A stretch of 64,000 nt of DNA from an uncultured Nautiliales bacterium (GCA_964410645.1 CAYPHV010000001.1:19441-83440), one strand, 5' to 3'; numbered from the stretch's first letter, positions 51,409 to 58,649 are shown. Notes: generated by a model not told the origin, from the sequence alone. Numbers and translations are program-made.

Positions 51409-51430
51409 TTACTTACCAATCAGTAAGTAA
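51409..51430 (+). promoter_or_regulatory. Operator-like palindrome TTACTTAC-caatca-GTAAGTAA
   Basis: Perfect 8-bp arms. The 15-mer TATAATTTTACTTAC is identical to the one at 45277-45291, and AGTAAG follows after the same 5-nt gap. Confidence 0.55.
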
Positions 51431-51440
51431 GGAGAAAAAA

Positions 51441-51809
51441 ATGACTTATGACGAATTTGTAAAAAACACTACTTTAAAAGATATAGGCGAAAGTAAAGTA
51501 TCGCCTCAAGATGCAGCAGAGTTACTTTTAAAAGATAAAGCTGTAATGGTTGATGTAAGGGAAGATTTTGAAAATGATTTAGTTGAATTTAAAATCGCTG
51601 TTCATATTCCGTTTAGTAAATTACCGGATAATTTAGACAAACTTGACAAAAACAAAATTATAATCTGTGCGTGTCCTGCAGGTTTTAGAAGCAACAAAGC
51701 CGTGGAATATTTAAGATACAAAGGATTTAAAGCCAAAAACCTCACAGGCGGATTAAAAGAATTTTTAGCTGAAATAAGTACGAAAAATGCAAAACGATTT
51801 AAAAAATGA
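51441..51809 (+). CDS. Single-domain rhodanese (sulfurtransferase), cytoplasmic
   Basis: Rhodanese fold pattern (VDVRE...E...HI.GA-like region) and an active-site loop CPAGFRS preceded by a second Cys (CAC). No signal peptide. Confidence 0.8.
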   Translation: MTYDEFVKNTTLKDIGESKVSPQDAAELLLKDKAVMVDVREDFENDLVEFKIAVHIPFSKLPDNLDKLDKNKIIICACPAGFRSNKAVEYLRYKGFKAKNLTGGLKEFLAEISTKNAKRFKK

Positions 51810-52174
51810 GAATGACAATGACAAAATACGCAACACCGCAAGGATTGAATGAAATAAGAATTACACTTGAAGAATTTAAAAAAGAGTTTAACGCAGGAAA
51901 TGCGGTATTAATTGATATAAGAATGCCATTTGAAAAAAAAGTATGGAATTTACCGTTTGCACTTGATATTCCTGCCAATGAACTTGAAAATAGAACTGAT
52001 GAACTTCCAAAAGACAAACTGATTGTTACAGCCTGTCCCGGAAACGGAAGAAGTTCATTTGCAGCTGCTTTTCTAAAAGAAAACGGGTTTAATGCCAAAT
52101 ATTTGGTAGAAGGACTGCTTGAAATTATGAAAGCTTACAAAGGTGGAAAAGCGAAAGAACTTAAGGTAGATTAA
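51806..52174 (+). CDS. Single-domain rhodanese (sulfurtransferase), paralogue 2
   Basis: LIDIRMPFE, active-site loop CPGNGRS, and the same 122-aa length as its neighbour. ATGA overlap with the upstream gene. Confidence 0.8.
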   Translation: MRMTMTKYATPQGLNEIRITLEEFKKEFNAGNAVLIDIRMPFEKKVWNLPFALDIPANELENRTDELPKDKLIVTACPGNGRSSFAAAFLKENGFNAKYLVEGLLEIMKAYKGGKAKELKVD

Positions 52175-52473
52175 TGTTTGAAGCCTGTTATCCTCTTGAA
52201 AACGGAGAAATATTACATAAGGCCAATAAAGAATGGCCTCTTTTTATTTTACATATTTACGGCAGCAATATAGAAAGTCTTAAAATTTCAAAAAGAATAA
52301 TGTGTAGCCTAAAACATTTACCGCTAAGACTTCAGGTTTTTTATAACCACAATACACTAAAAGCAATAGAAGAAGGATGCGGAAAAGACCCTTGTGTTAA
52401 GATGAACGGAAAAATACTTTTTGAAGGACTTATTCAAGCAGAAGCAATAAGAAACATTTTTGAAAAGCTTTAA
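52174..52473 (+). CDS. Thioredoxin-fold (Thioredoxin_3-like) small protein lacking the N-terminal CxxC
   Basis: The C-terminal DPCVKMNGKILFEGLIQAEAIRNIFEKL resembles the P-a-l-v-i-d-G...G tail of small redox-active Trx_3 proteins. SNIESLK sits where the GCxxC is expected. Cysteines lie at positions 5, 44, 69 and 74. Confidence 0.5.
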   Translation: MFEACYPLENGEILHKANKEWPLFILHIYGSNIESLKISKRIMCSLKHLPLRLQVFYNHNTLKAIEEGCGKDPCVKMNGKILFEGLIQAEAIRNIFEKL

Positions 52474-52487
52474 AACAAAGGAATTAA

Positions 52488-53240
52488 ATGGAAACTTATA
52501 TAATATATTTTTTTGCCACTTTTATTTTCTCCACTCTTTTTGCAATGGGAGGAGTTGGAAGCGCTATAGTGTTAGTTCCATTATTTAATATGATGGGAGC
52601 ACCTCTAAACGTGGCAAAAGCTTTTGGACTTTTTATTAATTCTATGAGCATGATTACAGTAAGTGTTATGAATTTTTTTAGAGGTGTTCTTGATATAAAA
52701 GCTACCCTTCCTCTTGCAGTTTCACTTTTAATAGCAACTCCTCTGGGAGCATATTCAAGTAAATTTATTCCACCTATTTATGTCAAAATACTTTTAAGTA
52801 TATTTATAATAATAGCTGTTTTATTAATGCTTTATAAAAAAAGAGAAGCTAAATTTATTTATACAAAAACCTGGATAATGATGGTAATCGGAGGAAGTGT
52901 CGGATATTTATCCGGTCTTATAGGAGTTGGAGGCGGAGGTTTAATTCTACCGGCTTTGATTTTACTCGGATTCGATGCTAAAGTTTCAGCTTATATGGTA
53001 AGTTTTGTACTTCCTTTTTCAACATTCAGCGGATTTTTAACATATATAAGTTTTACCCATATAGACTGGCTTATGCTTTTAAATGTCAGTATTGCCGCAA
53101 TACTCGGCGGATATTTGGGCAATAGAATAATGCATTACCGCTTAACCCCGGCACAAGTAAAAAAATTAATTGCGGTTATTTTAATTTTACTTGATATAAA
53201 AATTATTTATTCTATATTAAAATTTTATCATTTAATTTAA
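52488..53240 (+). CDS. TSUP (TauE/SafE, DUF81) family anion permease, copy 2
   Basis: 4+4 TM duplication with FAMGGVGSAIVLVP and LIGVGGGGLILPA. Confidence 0.85.
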   Translation: METYIIYFFATFIFSTLFAMGGVGSAIVLVPLFNMMGAPLNVAKAFGLFINSMSMITVSVMNFFRGVLDIKATLPLAVSLLIATPLGAYSSKFIPPIYVKILLSIFIIIAVLLMLYKKREAKFIYTKTWIMMVIGGSVGYLSGLIGVGGGGLILPALILLGFDAKVSAYMVSFVLPFSTFSGFLTYISFTHIDWLMLLNVSIAAILGGYLGNRIMHYRLTPAQVKKLIAVILILLDIKIIYSILKFYHLI

Positions 53241-53249
53241 GGAGAGAAA

Positions 53250-53489
53250 ATGCACAGAATCTTAGATAAAATAGCCGACTGGATTGTTGAAAAAGAAGAA
53301 AAAAATGCTGAAAGCTGTGATATTCCTGATACAATAATAGACGAATGGCTCGATATTTTAAAAAAAAGAAGAAAACATTTACAAAAAGAAAAAGATACAA
53401 AATCCCAAGAATATGATATGATTAATGAATTAATAAAAAAAGTTGAACATATTAAGGAGCTTAGAGCTAAAAAATGCACAATAAAATAA
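53250..53489 (+). CDS. Hypothetical 79-aa charged helical protein
   Basis: Strong RBS (AAGGAGAG) 4 nt upstream of the ATG. K/E-rich with two Cys (positions 23 and 76). No recognisable family. Confidence 0.5.
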   Translation: MHRILDKIADWIVEKEEKNAESCDIPDTIIDEWLDILKKRRKHLQKEKDTKSQEYDMINELIKKVEHIKELRAKKCTIK

Positions 53490-53707
53490 ATAAACATAAA
53501 TTTAAAACAAAAAGATATATAAAACTGATACTTATATATTTTACTCTTTTTGTTGCTATTTTTGGCTTAATTGATTATTATGCGTATATGATGTTTAATT
53601 TTTTATATTTTATTGCTTTATCTTTTATATTAGCACTTATAGCAGGATATTATCATATGAAATACACAAAACATGAGCATATAGACGACATTGCGGATGA
53701 AATATGA
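53474..53707 (+). CDS. Hypothetical 77-aa two-TM membrane protein
   Basis: Basic N-terminus, two hydrophobic helices and an acidic C-terminus. It overlaps the upstream ORF by 16 nt and chrA by 4 nt (ATGA). Confidence 0.45.
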   Translation: MHNKINKHKFKTKRYIKLILIYFTLFVAIFGLIDYYAYMMFNFLYFIALSFILALIAGYYHMKYTKHEHIDDIADEI

Positions 53708-54888
53708 AAACAGAAAATAAAACACCTACAATTTTTCAGCTTTCATGGGCATATTTTGTTATAGGCCTTACGGCATACAGCATGGCTATGCTTGAACAAA
53801 TAAAAGCACTTGTTATAAAAAAAGGATGGCTAAGCGAAAAAGAAGTGGAAGAAGGTCTGGCTATGGTAGAACTTTACCCTGGGCCTTTTATACTTAACCT
53901 GGCCACATATATAGCATACAGGATTAAAGGATTTTTAGGCGCCAGTATTGCTACATTTATGTTTATTTTACCGTCATATCTTTTAATGACAATACTCTCC
54001 TTTTTATATTTTCATTATGGAAAATTGCCATGGATACATCCTATTTTTATAGTAATAGAATCTATGGTTATAGGAATAATCCTTCATATATCATTAAATT
54101 TCGCTAAAAAATATATAAACAATAAAAAAACGGCTATTATTTCAGCTGTTGTATTTTTAATGATGATTTATAAAATAGACGCTTTTATTGCCATTTTAGT
54201 TGCTATGATTTACGGAATAATTTTTATGAAAAAAAAAGTAAAAGAAAAAGAAAATATCCAAATTCCAGGCAAATTAAAAAATAAAATATTTGGACTTATG
54301 GCTAGTGGAATTATTTTTTTATTACTTTTTTTCAGTGGAATATTTTTTAAAAACACTCTTGGAGAACTGCTTTTTGGAATGTTTAAAATAGGTGCTTTTG
54401 CTTTTGGAAACGGAATGAGTATTATTCCTCTTTTGGAACAGGTGGCGGTATTTAATCATCACTGGCTGACTTTAAACGAATTTACTGACGGCATTGCCTT
54501 TGGGACTATTACACCTGGGCCTTTTTTAATTACCGCTACATTTATAGGATACAAAGTAGCCGGAATTGTTGGGAGTATAGTAGGAACAATCGGTATGTTT
54601 TATCCTTCATTTTTTTACACACTCCTTATGAGCGAAATATATATAAAAATAAAACATTTAAGTATTATTCAAAATATGTTAACTGCCCTACTTGCGGGAT
54701 TTAGCGGAATGCTTTTTTATGTTTTACTGAGTCTTTCAAAAGTAGCGTTAATTTCAAACGCGGCTTTTATATGGGCAACAGGGGCTTTTGTTTTAGTCAG
54801 ATTTTTTAAAATTAATATTTTATGGATTTTTTTGGGCGGAATTTTTGCCGAAATTATTCTTTATTATTTTAACATTAAAATATTTTAA
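53704..54888 (+). CDS. chrA: CHR-family (chromate ion transporter) protein, two fused CHR domains
   Basis: Both halves carry the CHR signatures: WLSEKEVEEGLAMVELYPGPFILNLATYIAYRIKGFLGA, and WLTLNEFTDGIAFGTITPGPFLITATFIGYKVAGIVGS. Confidence 0.88.
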   Translation: MKTENKTPTIFQLSWAYFVIGLTAYSMAMLEQIKALVIKKGWLSEKEVEEGLAMVELYPGPFILNLATYIAYRIKGFLGASIATFMFILPSYLLMTILSFLYFHYGKLPWIHPIFIVIESMVIGIILHISLNFAKKYINNKKTAIISAVVFLMMIYKIDAFIAILVAMIYGIIFMKKKVKEKENIQIPGKLKNKIFGLMASGIIFLLLFFSGIFFKNTLGELLFGMFKIGAFAFGNGMSIIPLLEQVAVFNHHWLTLNEFTDGIAFGTITPGPFLITATFIGYKVAGIVGSIVGTIGMFYPSFFYTLLMSEIYIKIKHLSIIQNMLTALLAGFSGMLFYVLLSLSKVALISNAAFIWATGAFVLVRFFKINILWIFLGGIFAEIILYYFNIKIF

Positions 54889-54918
54889 TAAAATAACTTA
54901 AAAAATAATATTATTTTA

Positions 54919-54947
54919 TTGACATATGTTCAAAAAAGTATTATAAT
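54919..54947 (+). promoter_or_regulatory. Consensus sigma70-type promoter of the DUF134-nifX-like pair
   Basis: TTGACA (54919-54924), a 17-nt spacer, then TATAAT (54942-54947). Confidence 0.6.
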
Positions 54948-54970
54948 TCTAATTGAGCATATGTTCAAAA
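54923..54970 (+). promoter_or_regulatory. Two copies of CATATGTTCAAAA (13/13 identical, 35 bp apart) bracketing the promoter
   Basis: Copy 1 (54923-54935) overlaps the -35. Copy 2 (54958-54970) lies in the leader, inside the near-palindrome TTGAGCATATGTTCAA (7 of 8 base pairs symmetric). Confidence 0.5.
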
Positions 54971-54980
54971 GGATTTATAG

Positions 54981-55256
54981 ATGCCAAGATGTGTAAGAAG
55001 AAGAATTAGGGGAAAATTTCATCACAATTATTTTAAACCTTGCGAAAAATCTGTAAATGAAATTGAAGGAACTACCCTTTTATCTGAAGAAATGGAAGCT
55101 ATTAGACTTGCAGATTATGAAAGCCTTTATCAAGAAGAAGCGGCAAGTAAAATGGAAATTTCGCGTTCTACATTCAGCAGAATTTTAAACAGTGCTAGAA
55201 AAAAAATTGCCGAAGCTCTGATTGAGGGTAAAGTAATAGAAATAGAAAATCTTTAA
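54981..55256 (+). CDS. DUF134 (UPF0251) family predicted DNA-binding protein
   Basis: MPRCVRRRIRG...YFKPC N-terminus typical of DUF134, followed by a sigma-70 region-4-like HTH (LYQEEAASKMEISRSTFSRILNSARKKIAEAL). Confidence 0.8.
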   Translation: MPRCVRRRIRGKFHHNYFKPCEKSVNEIEGTTLLSEEMEAIRLADYESLYQEEAASKMEISRSTFSRILNSARKKIAEALIEGKVIEIENL

Positions 55257-55266
55257 GGAGAATAAA

Positions 55267-55854
55267 ATGAAAGTAGCATTTCCAAGTAATAATCAACAAA
55301 CAATTGCAAGCCATATAGGACTTGCAAAGGGATTTTTGATAATAGATACCGATACAAATGAAAAACTTTATATTGATAATCCTATAATACAAAAAATAAA
55401 AGAAGAGCACATAAACCTCAAAGGTACAGTAGAACATCAAAGAGGCCTTGAAACCGGAACTATAATACCGCCTCTTTTGGCTAAAGCCGGTGTAAATGTT
55501 TTCGTAGCTGATGAATTTGGAGAAGGAATGGACAGAAACTTAGAATATGAAGGCATTATGCCTTTTGCAACAGATGAAAAAAATATCGAAACAGCATTAA
55601 AACAAATTAAGGAGGAAGATATGAGAAATTTTGAAAAAGAATATAATAACAGAGATTACGGATACAACAGAAGAGTCGGATACGACAGAGATTATGAATA
55701 CGACAGAGACTATGCATATGGTAGAGGACAAGGTTTAGGCAGTGGCAGAGGTTTAGGATACAGAAGAAATATTGGCAGAGGTTTAGGATGTGGTAGAGGT
55801 TTAGGATGTAGAAGAAATATTGGCAGAGGTTTAGGATACAGAAGAGGAAATTAA
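55267..55854 (+). CDS. NifB/NifX/NafY-type (dinitrogenase FeMo-cofactor biosynthesis-like, PF02579-type) domain protein with a repetitive YDRDY / GRGLG C-terminal tail
   Basis: N-terminal MKVAFPSNNQQTIASHIGLAKGFLIIDTD...GVNVFVADEFGEGM matches the family layout (MKIA.ps.....v..HFG.a..f.i.d...). The last ~70 aa read DYGYNRRVGYDRDYEYDRDYAYGRGQGLGSGRGLGYRRNIGRGLGCGRGLGCRRNIGRGLGYRRGN. Confidence 0.75.
   Translation: MKVAFPSNNQQTIASHIGLAKGFLIIDTDTNEKLYIDNPIIQKIKEEHINLKGTVEHQRGLETGTIIPPLLAKAGVNVFVADEFGEGMDRNLEYEGIMPFATDEKNIETALKQIKEEDMRNFEKEYNNRDYGYNRRVGYDRDYEYDRDYAYGRGQGLGSGRGLGYRRNIGRGLGCGRGLGCRRNIGRGLGYRRGN
55681..55848 (+). repeat. In-frame tandem DNA repeats inside the nifX-like gene
   Basis: An 18-nt unit TACGACAGAGAYTATGMA occurs twice (55681-55716). 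The 16-mer GGYAGAGGTTTAGGAT occurs four times (55744, 55774, 55792, 55822), embedded in ~30-nt units ending AGAAGAAATATT. Confidence 0.85.
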
Positions 55855-55862
55855 TCCTCTTC

Positions 55863-56387
55863 TTAAAAAGAGTAGCCTAACCCTGCATAAATACAACTGT
55901 TATAACTATGGCTAAAACTTATACTTCTATAACCAAGAAAAATTCGAGCATTATCAATTGGAAAATATCCAATTTGTGTATCTATTCTGCTAAATCTGTC
56001 TGCATCGTCGAAACTTAATATTTTTGGAGCATATTCCGCTTCTGCTTTTACAAATACCGGCAGAGAAATATTGGGCAAATATGTAAATATCCCTATTCCA
56101 GCAGGTATAGCAGTATTATTTTTAATATGAGTTGCATCTACTATCAAGGAAAATTTTATATTGTGATATTCCATACCTATTAAATTTCCTTCAGCTTTAA
56201 CACCTGCCAGGAAAAAATTATGCTTATTAGAGTTATCATTATATATAAACTGTGCCCTTGCTTTTATATTATTGTCTGTTATTCCGGTTTCTCCGCCGAT
56301 AGCTACAGTTGAATTTGATATTTGCAAATTAATGTTATTGGCAAATAAAAAACCGAAAGTTAAAATACCTAATATTAATTTTTTCAT
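55863..56387 (-). CDS. Small outer-membrane beta-barrel protein, YfaZ-like
   Basis: Signal peptide, alternating beta-strand pattern, and C-terminal ...GLGYSF with a terminal Phe. AEAEYAPKILSFDD...FLGYRSISF resembles the YfaZ family. Confidence 0.5.
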   Translation of the reverse strand: MKKLILGILTFGFLFANNINLQISNSTVAIGGETGITDNNIKARAQFIYNDNSNKHNFFLAGVKAEGNLIGMEYHNIKFSLIVDATHIKNNTAIPAGIGIFTYLPNISLPVFVKAEAEYAPKILSFDDADRFSRIDTQIGYFPIDNARIFLGYRSISFSHSYNSCIYAGLGYSF

Positions 56388-56409
56388 TTTTTAATCCTTA
56401 TTTTTATTG

Positions 56410-57351
56410 TTATTTACCTGATGTTTCAAAAGAACCGTAGTTTAAATATTTCTCAAATCTTTTTTGAATAAGCTCTTCTTTATCTAAGTTTTTAAGTTGT
56501 TTTATTTGATTCAAAAAATATTTTTTTATATTCTCAGCTATCAAATCATAATTTCTATGCGCGCCTTCTATCGGTTCATCGACAATATCGTCTATAAGAT
56601 TCAGTTTTTTAAGTTCTTCCGCTGAAATTTTCAAAGTTTTTGTCGCAGTTTGTGCTTTTGAACTGTCTCCCCATAAAATACTTGCACACCCTTCTGGAGA
56701 TATTACACTAAATACCGAATATTTAAGCATAGCAAATTTATCCGCTACGCCTATAGCCAATGCTCCGCCGCTTCCGCCTTCTCCAATAACTATACTGACA
56801 GTAGGAATCTTAATACGTGAAAATTCAAAAAGATTGTTGGCAATTGCTCCACTCTGGCCTCTTTCTTCTGCCCCAATTCCCGGATATGCCCCAGGAGTAT
56901 CTATTAAAAAAAGAACCGGCAAATCAAATTTTTCAGCTAATTTTGCCACTCTAAGAGCCTTTCTATAACCTTCGGGATGAGGCATACCAAAATTTCTTTT
57001 TATTTTTTCTTTAGTATTTCTTCCTTTTTCTTCACCGATAACCATACATTTTTCATTATTAATCACGCCTATATAACATATTATCGCAAAATCATCACTA
57101 AATTCTCTATCTCCGTGAATCTCATATTTTTCATCCATTATTCTCTCAATTATATCAGTTGAATGAGGTCTGTCAGGATGACGGGCAAGAAGAAGCTTCT
57201 GATAAGGGGTTAAATTTTTAAAAGTTTTTTTAATTTCTTTTTTTAATTCTTTTTCAAATTCTTCAACCGCATGTATATCACCTTTGATTTTTGCCAGATC
57301 AATTTCTTCTCTCAGCTCTTCTATTTTTTTTTCAAAATCAAGTACTGCCAA
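56410..57351 (-). CDS. accA: Acetyl-CoA carboxylase carboxyltransferase alpha subunit
   Basis: [38 protein letters not shown] and [10 protein letters not shown]. Confidence 0.95.
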   Translation of the reverse strand: MAVLDFEKKIEELREEIDLAKIKGDIHAVEEFEKELKKEIKKTFKNLTPYQKLLLARHPDRPHSTDIIERIMDEKYEIHGDREFSDDFAIICYIGVINNEKCMVIGEEKGRNTKEKIKRNFGMPHPEGYRKALRVAKLAEKFDLPVLFLIDTPGAYPGIGAEERGQSGAIANNLFEFSRIKIPTVSIVIGEGGSGGALAIGVADKFAMLKYSVFSVISPEGCASILWGDSSKAQTATKTLKISAEELKKLNLIDDIVDEPIEGAHRNYDLIAENIKKYFLNQIKQLKNLDKEELIQKRFEKYLNYGSFETSGK

Positions 57352-57362
57352 AATATAACCCT

Positions 57363-58583
57363 TTATTTTACTTTTTTAAAGATTACCACTCCATTGGTTC
57401 CGCCAAATCCGAAAGAATTACTCATAGCCACATTAATTTCAGCTTTTCTCGCAATATTTGGAATATAATCCAAATCGCATTCCGGATCCGCCTCTTCATA
57501 ATTAATGGTAGGAGGCAAAATATTTTTTTCCATTGCCATTAATACAATAACAGCTTCAATTGTTCCCGCAGCTCCTAAACAATGCCCCGTTGCACCTTTT
57601 GTGGAACTTACAGGAGGACATTTTTCTTTTCCTCCGAATAAATTTTTTATAGCCATCGTTTCATAAAGATCATTATATTTTGTTGATGTTCCATGTGCAT
57701 TTATATAATCAATTTTAGGTTTTCCGGCCATTTCATAAGCCATTTTCATAGCTCTAAAAGCGCCCTCTCCGCCAGGAGCCGGAGTTGTTATATGATTTGC
57801 ATCCGCACTTTCGCCAATACCTGTAATTTCTCCATAAATTTTAGCACCTCTGTTTAGGGCATCTTCATATTTTTCAAGTATAAGACATGCTCCGCCTTCA
57901 CCCATTACAAAACCGTCTCTTTTGGCATCAAAAGGACGGGATGATTTTTCAGGTTCGTCATTTCTTCTTGAAAGAGCTTTCATAGCAGAAAAACCGCCTA
58001 CTCCTACAGGACATATACAGGCTTCCCCTGCGACTACCATCATTTTATCGGCCATTCCCACTTTCATAGTTTTAACCGCCTGGGTTATAGCATGAGTTCC
58101 AGACGCACATGCGGTAACATTTGCCAAATTGGGACCTTTTAATTTATATTCGATGGAAACAAATCCTCCGAGCATATTAACAAGTGCCCCGGGAATGAAA
58201 AACGGAGAAATCCTCCTGGGACCTCTTGTCTGTACAATAATACTGGCTTTTTCTATAACAGGAAGCCCTCCTATTCCGCTTGCAACGCTAACACCGAATG
58301 TATCTGAATTATAGTCACTCAAACCACTGTCATTCATCGCTTCTTTTGCGGCAGCCAATCCAAATTGAATAAATCTGTCGGCTTTTTTAACATCCTTGGG
58401 ATTCATTACAGTTTTAGGATCAAATCCTTTAACCTCTCCCCCTACCTGAGAAGCAAAATTTTCCGGGTCAAAATGTGTAATTCTGCCAACTCCGGTTTTT
58501 CCATCAATTATATTTTGAAAACTTTCATCTTTATTTAGTCCAACTGCATTTATCATTCCGATACCGGTTACAACAATTCTCAT
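57363..58583 (-). CDS. fabF: 3-oxoacyl-ACP synthase II
   Basis: RIVVTGIGM, active site ACASGTHA, and HGTSTKYND and GHCLGAAG (Cys-His-His triad contexts). Confidence 0.95.
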   Translation of the reverse strand: MRIVVTGIGMINAVGLNKDESFQNIIDGKTGVGRITHFDPENFASQVGGEVKGFDPKTVMNPKDVKKADRFIQFGLAAAKEAMNDSGLSDYNSDTFGVSVASGIGGLPVIEKASIIVQTRGPRRISPFFIPGALVNMLGGFVSIEYKLKGPNLANVTACASGTHAITQAVKTMKVGMADKMMVVAGEACICPVGVGGFSAMKALSRRNDEPEKSSRPFDAKRDGFVMGEGGACLILEKYEDALNRGAKIYGEITGIGESADANHITTPAPGGEGAFRAMKMAYEMAGKPKIDYINAHGTSTKYNDLYETMAIKNLFGGKEKCPPVSSTKGATGHCLGAAGTIEAVIVLMAMEKNILPPTINYEEADPECDLDYIPNIARKAEINVAMSNSFGFGGTNGVVIFKKVK

Positions 58584-58604
58584 TGATTTCCTTTTTTTTA
58601 AGAA

Positions 58605-58649
58605 GTAATTAAAGCATACTCTATATACTTTAATTACCCCTCAAAGGGG
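58605..58649 (-). terminator. Two adjacent stem-loops in the acpP-fabF spacer (possible attenuator or processing site)
   Basis: GTAATTAAAG (58605-58614) pairs with CTTTAATTAC (58628-58637) across a 13-nt loop. Next to it is CCCCT-caa-AGGGG (58637-58649). No clean U-run follows, so this is partial termination or a stability element at best. Confidence 0.35.

Noticed and set aside
51602-52098. Minus-strand ORFs of 79 and 99 aa overlapping the two rhodanese genes, considered as possible antisense-encoded proteins in the interesting operon.
   Set aside because: The plus-strand frames carry clear rhodanese active-site loops and translational coupling. The minus-strand products are low-complexity (S/F/L-rich) with no start context, so I treat them as shadows.
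53212-53497. Minus-strand ORFs of 62 and 86 aa opposite the 79-aa orphan gene.
   Set aside because: The plus-strand ORF has a strong AAGGAGAG RBS and fits the operon direction. The minus-strand ORFs are F/L/S-rich, as expected for the antisense of K/E-rich coding sequence.
54902-54917. A perfect 16-nt AT-only palindrome, AAAATAATATTATTTT, between chrA and the DUF134 promoter, considered as a terminator or binding site.
   Set aside because: The stem is all A/T, so very weak as an RNA hairpin, and such palindromes arise easily in AT-rich spacers. It might act as an UP-element-like tract, but I cannot support a specific call.
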